A DNA stretch of 64,000 nt from Gammaproteobacteria bacterium (lineage in GTDB: Bacteria > Pseudomonadota > Gammaproteobacteria > UBA4575). Below the pieces are notes generated by a model that searched no databases, was not told where the DNA came from, and saw nothing but the letters and a program-made list of their open reading frames with translations. The DNA is taken from assembly GCA_965227695.1 (NCBI GenBank), contig OZ245760.1, forward strand, positions 317,034 to 381,033, given 5' to 3'. The position numbers were made by a program, and so were the translations under genes. Shown here in pieces: positions 61,976-64,000 of this stretch. How positions within the stretch are numbered: the first letter of the stretch is position 1; every line of letters begins with the position of its first letter.

Positions 61976-63868
61976 ATGTGTGGAATAACGGGGATATTCG
62001 ATACCAGGGCAAAGCGCTCAATTGATGTCGAATTATTACGGCGAATGAATGATTCGCAATATCATCGTGGTCCAGACCAGGAAGGGCTTCATACTGAAGA
62101 AGGTGTTGGGCTTGGTCATCGACGTCTTTCGATCATTGATTTATCAAGCGGTAAGCAACCCCTATATAATGAAGACAATTCAGTTGTTGTGGTATACAAC
62201 GGAGAGATATACAACTATCAGTCATTGGCTGAGGAACTCCAGGCCGCCGGCCATGTCTTCAGAACACGTTGCGATACTGAAGTCATCGTTCATGCCTGGG
62301 AACAATGGGGTGTTGCTTGTGTAGAACGTTTTCGTGGCATGTTCGCTTTCGCCATATGGGACAGAAACAAAAAGACACTGTTTTTGGCCAGAGATCGCCT
62401 GGGTATTAAACCGCTTTATTATTCTTTACTGTCAGACGGTAATTTAATATTCGGTTCAGAATTGAAATCATTAATGAAACATCCACGTCTGGTGCGAGAT
62501 ATAGATCCATTGGCAGTAGAGGATTATTTCGCTTATGGATATGTCCCTGAGCCAAAGACAATTTTTAAAAATACATTTAAATTGTCGCCCGGCCACTGCT
62601 TAACCATAAAACATGGTGAAACACTTCCCGCGCCGGTTGAATATTGGGATGTGCCTTTTGAGCAGCATGGTCCTATGGATGAGCAGGAGACCTGTGATGA
62701 GTTAATCCGGCGGTTAAGAGAAGCAGTCGACATTAGGCTGGTTGCGGAAGTACCGCTTGGCGCATTTTTATCAGGCGGAGTGGACTCAAGTGCGGTGGTT
62801 GCCATGATGGCCGGATTAAATGATTCCGCAGTAAATACATGTTCCATATCATTTGGCGATCCAAAATTCAACGAAGCGTCATACGCACAAGCGATAGCTG
62901 AAAAATATAATACTGAACATTATGTTGAGCAGGTAGACCCGGATGATTTTGACTTGGTTTCAAAATTAGGTGGGTTGTATGATGAACCATATGCTGATAG
63001 TTCTGCAATGCCTACCTATAGATTATGCCAGCTGGCAAGAAAGAATGTAACGGTGGCATTGTCAGGTGACGGAGGTGATGAAAATTTTGCAGGATATCGG
63101 CGTTATCGCTGGCATAATTATGAGGAGCATATCAGGTCTGCGCTGCCCTTAGGGTTAAGAAAGCCTGTTTTTGGAACGCTTGGACATATTTATCCAAAGG
63201 CAGACTGGGCGCCAAAAGTATTTCGCGCCAAGACAACGTTTGAGGCGATGGCACGCGATACCTGCGAGGGATATCTGCATAGTGTCAGTTTATTCAGCGA
63301 CAAGCAGAGAAACATGCTATTTAATGATTCTTTTAAAAATATTTTGCAGGGATACAATGCCGTTGAGGTATTACGCCACCATGCAGGACGGGCGCCAACA
63401 GATCACCCATTGTCTCTGGTGCAATATATGGATATGAAAACCTATTTGGTAGGGGACATCCTGACCAAAGTTGATCGGGCTAGTATGGCACATTCACTGG
63501 AAGTACGTGTGCCGTTGCTGGACCATAAGTTTGTAGAGTGGATATCAGGGTTATCCCCGCAAATAAAACTTAAAGGGACAGAGGGTAAATATATTTTTAA
63601 AAAATCGCTTGAGCCTTATCTGTCTCAGGATATTTTATACCGGAAAAAAATGGGGTTTGGTGTGCCTCTGGCCAGTTGGTTTAGAGGTCCACTTAAAGAA
63701 AAAGTGCAAACTGCTATTCTGGGAGAGAGATTAAACAGTAGCGGTGTATTTGATCATAAATATCTGAAACACCTTGTTGAACAGCACCAGTCGGGCGTGC
63801 GGGATTACAGTGCACCCATCTGGTCATTACTGATGTTCGAATCATTTTTGCAACGTCTTGATAGATAG
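61976..63868 (+). CDS. asparagine synthase (glutamine-hydrolysing) homologue, exosortase-associated amidotransferase type
   Basis: 630 aa. MCGITGIF Ntn nucleophile. SGGVDSS PP-loop. Longer than housekeeping AsnB, as in EPS-locus amidotransferases. Confidence 0.85.
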   Translation: MCGITGIFDTRAKRSIDVELLRRMNDSQYHRGPDQEGLHTEEGVGLGHRRLSIIDLSSGKQPLYNEDNSVVVVYNGEIYNYQSLAEELQAAGHVFRTRCDTEVIVHAWEQWGVACVERFRGMFAFAIWDRNKKTLFLARDRLGIKPLYYSLLSDGNLIFGSELKSLMKHPRLVRDIDPLAVEDYFAYGYVPEPKTIFKNTFKLSPGHCLTIKHGETLPAPVEYWDVPFEQHGPMDEQETCDELIRRLREAVDIRLVAEVPLGAFLSGGVDSSAVVAMMAGLNDSAVNTCSISFGDPKFNEASYAQAIAEKYNTEHYVEQVDPDDFDLVSKLGGLYDEPYADSSAMPTYRLCQLARKNVTVALSGDGGDENFAGYRRYRWHNYEEHIRSALPLGLRKPVFGTLGHIYPKADWAPKVFRAKTTFEAMARDTCEGYLHSVSLFSDKQRNMLFNDSFKNILQGYNAVEVLRHHAGRAPTDHPLSLVQYMDMKTYLVGDILTKVDRASMAHSLEVRVPLLDHKFVEWISGLSPQIKLKGTEGKYIFKKSLEPYLSQDILYRKKMGFGVPLASWFRGPLKEKVQTAILGERLNSSGVFDHKYLKHLVEQHQSGVRDYSAPIWSLLMFESFLQRLDR

Positions 63869-63882
63869 GCGAACCAGATCAT

Positions 63883-64000
63883 ATGACGGCAATGAGTGAT
63901 CGTTTAAAAGTTGGAATAGTCGGACCACTACCACCACCCTCCGGGGGGATGGCGAATCAGACGCAGCAGTTAGCGAATTTATTAAAGGGTGAAAACATTC
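63883..64000 (+). CDS. glycosyltransferase (GT4-like), N-terminal fragment cut by the window end
   Basis: MTAMSDRLKVGIVGPLPPPSGGMANQ is a GT4-type N-terminus. It continues past 64000. Confidence 0.55.
   Translation, partial: MTAMSDRLKVGIVGPLPPPSGGMANQTQQLANLLKGENI

Overview
This 64 kb window looks like the replication-origin region of a gammaproteobacterial chromosome, roughly 45% GC, with Pseudomonas-like gene order. It is gene-dense on both strands and almost entirely housekeeping. Reading left to right: fmt (partial) and def; a LysM/TsaP-like lipoprotein, dprA, smg, topA, tsaC, hemF, hemB, aroE; a gamma-carbonic-anhydrase-like protein, ubiA, comF, bioB, bioF, radC; coaBC, dut, algC-like PMM/PGM, argB; a DUF4124 protein, pyrE, a Crc/ExoIII-like protein, ampG; DUF4197, an L,D-transpeptidase, an orphan ParA-like ATPase, xthA and an SH3-domain protein. 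The origin core follows as gyrB, recF, dnaN, dnaA on the minus strand, diverging from rpmH, rnpA, yidD, yidC, mnmE, mnmG, rsmG, parA, parB, atpIBEFHAGDC, glmU, glmS on the plus strand. The 3' end is the only clearly accessory part. It holds a Wzx/MOP flippase gene, aceE and aceF (no lpd), an AT-rich island of three ORFans with no recognisable domains, a Cys-free Fur-family regulator, a ThiO-like FAD oxidase, and then MarR, a GT4 glycosyltransferase, an AsnB-like amidotransferase and a second GT4 (cut by the window end). The last four look like the start of an exosortase/PEP-CTERM-type EPS locus. I found no rRNA, tRNA, CRISPR array, transposase or integrase. The non-coding features worth noting are a DnaA-box cluster in the dnaA-dnaN spacer, a perfect 14-bp hairpin abutting the dprA start codon, intrinsic terminators after atpC and (minus strand) after the Fur-family gene, and candidate operator palindromes upstream of atpI, marR and the Fur-family gene. 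Every functional call rests on my reading of the translated ORFs against remembered family signatures. No database search was run.
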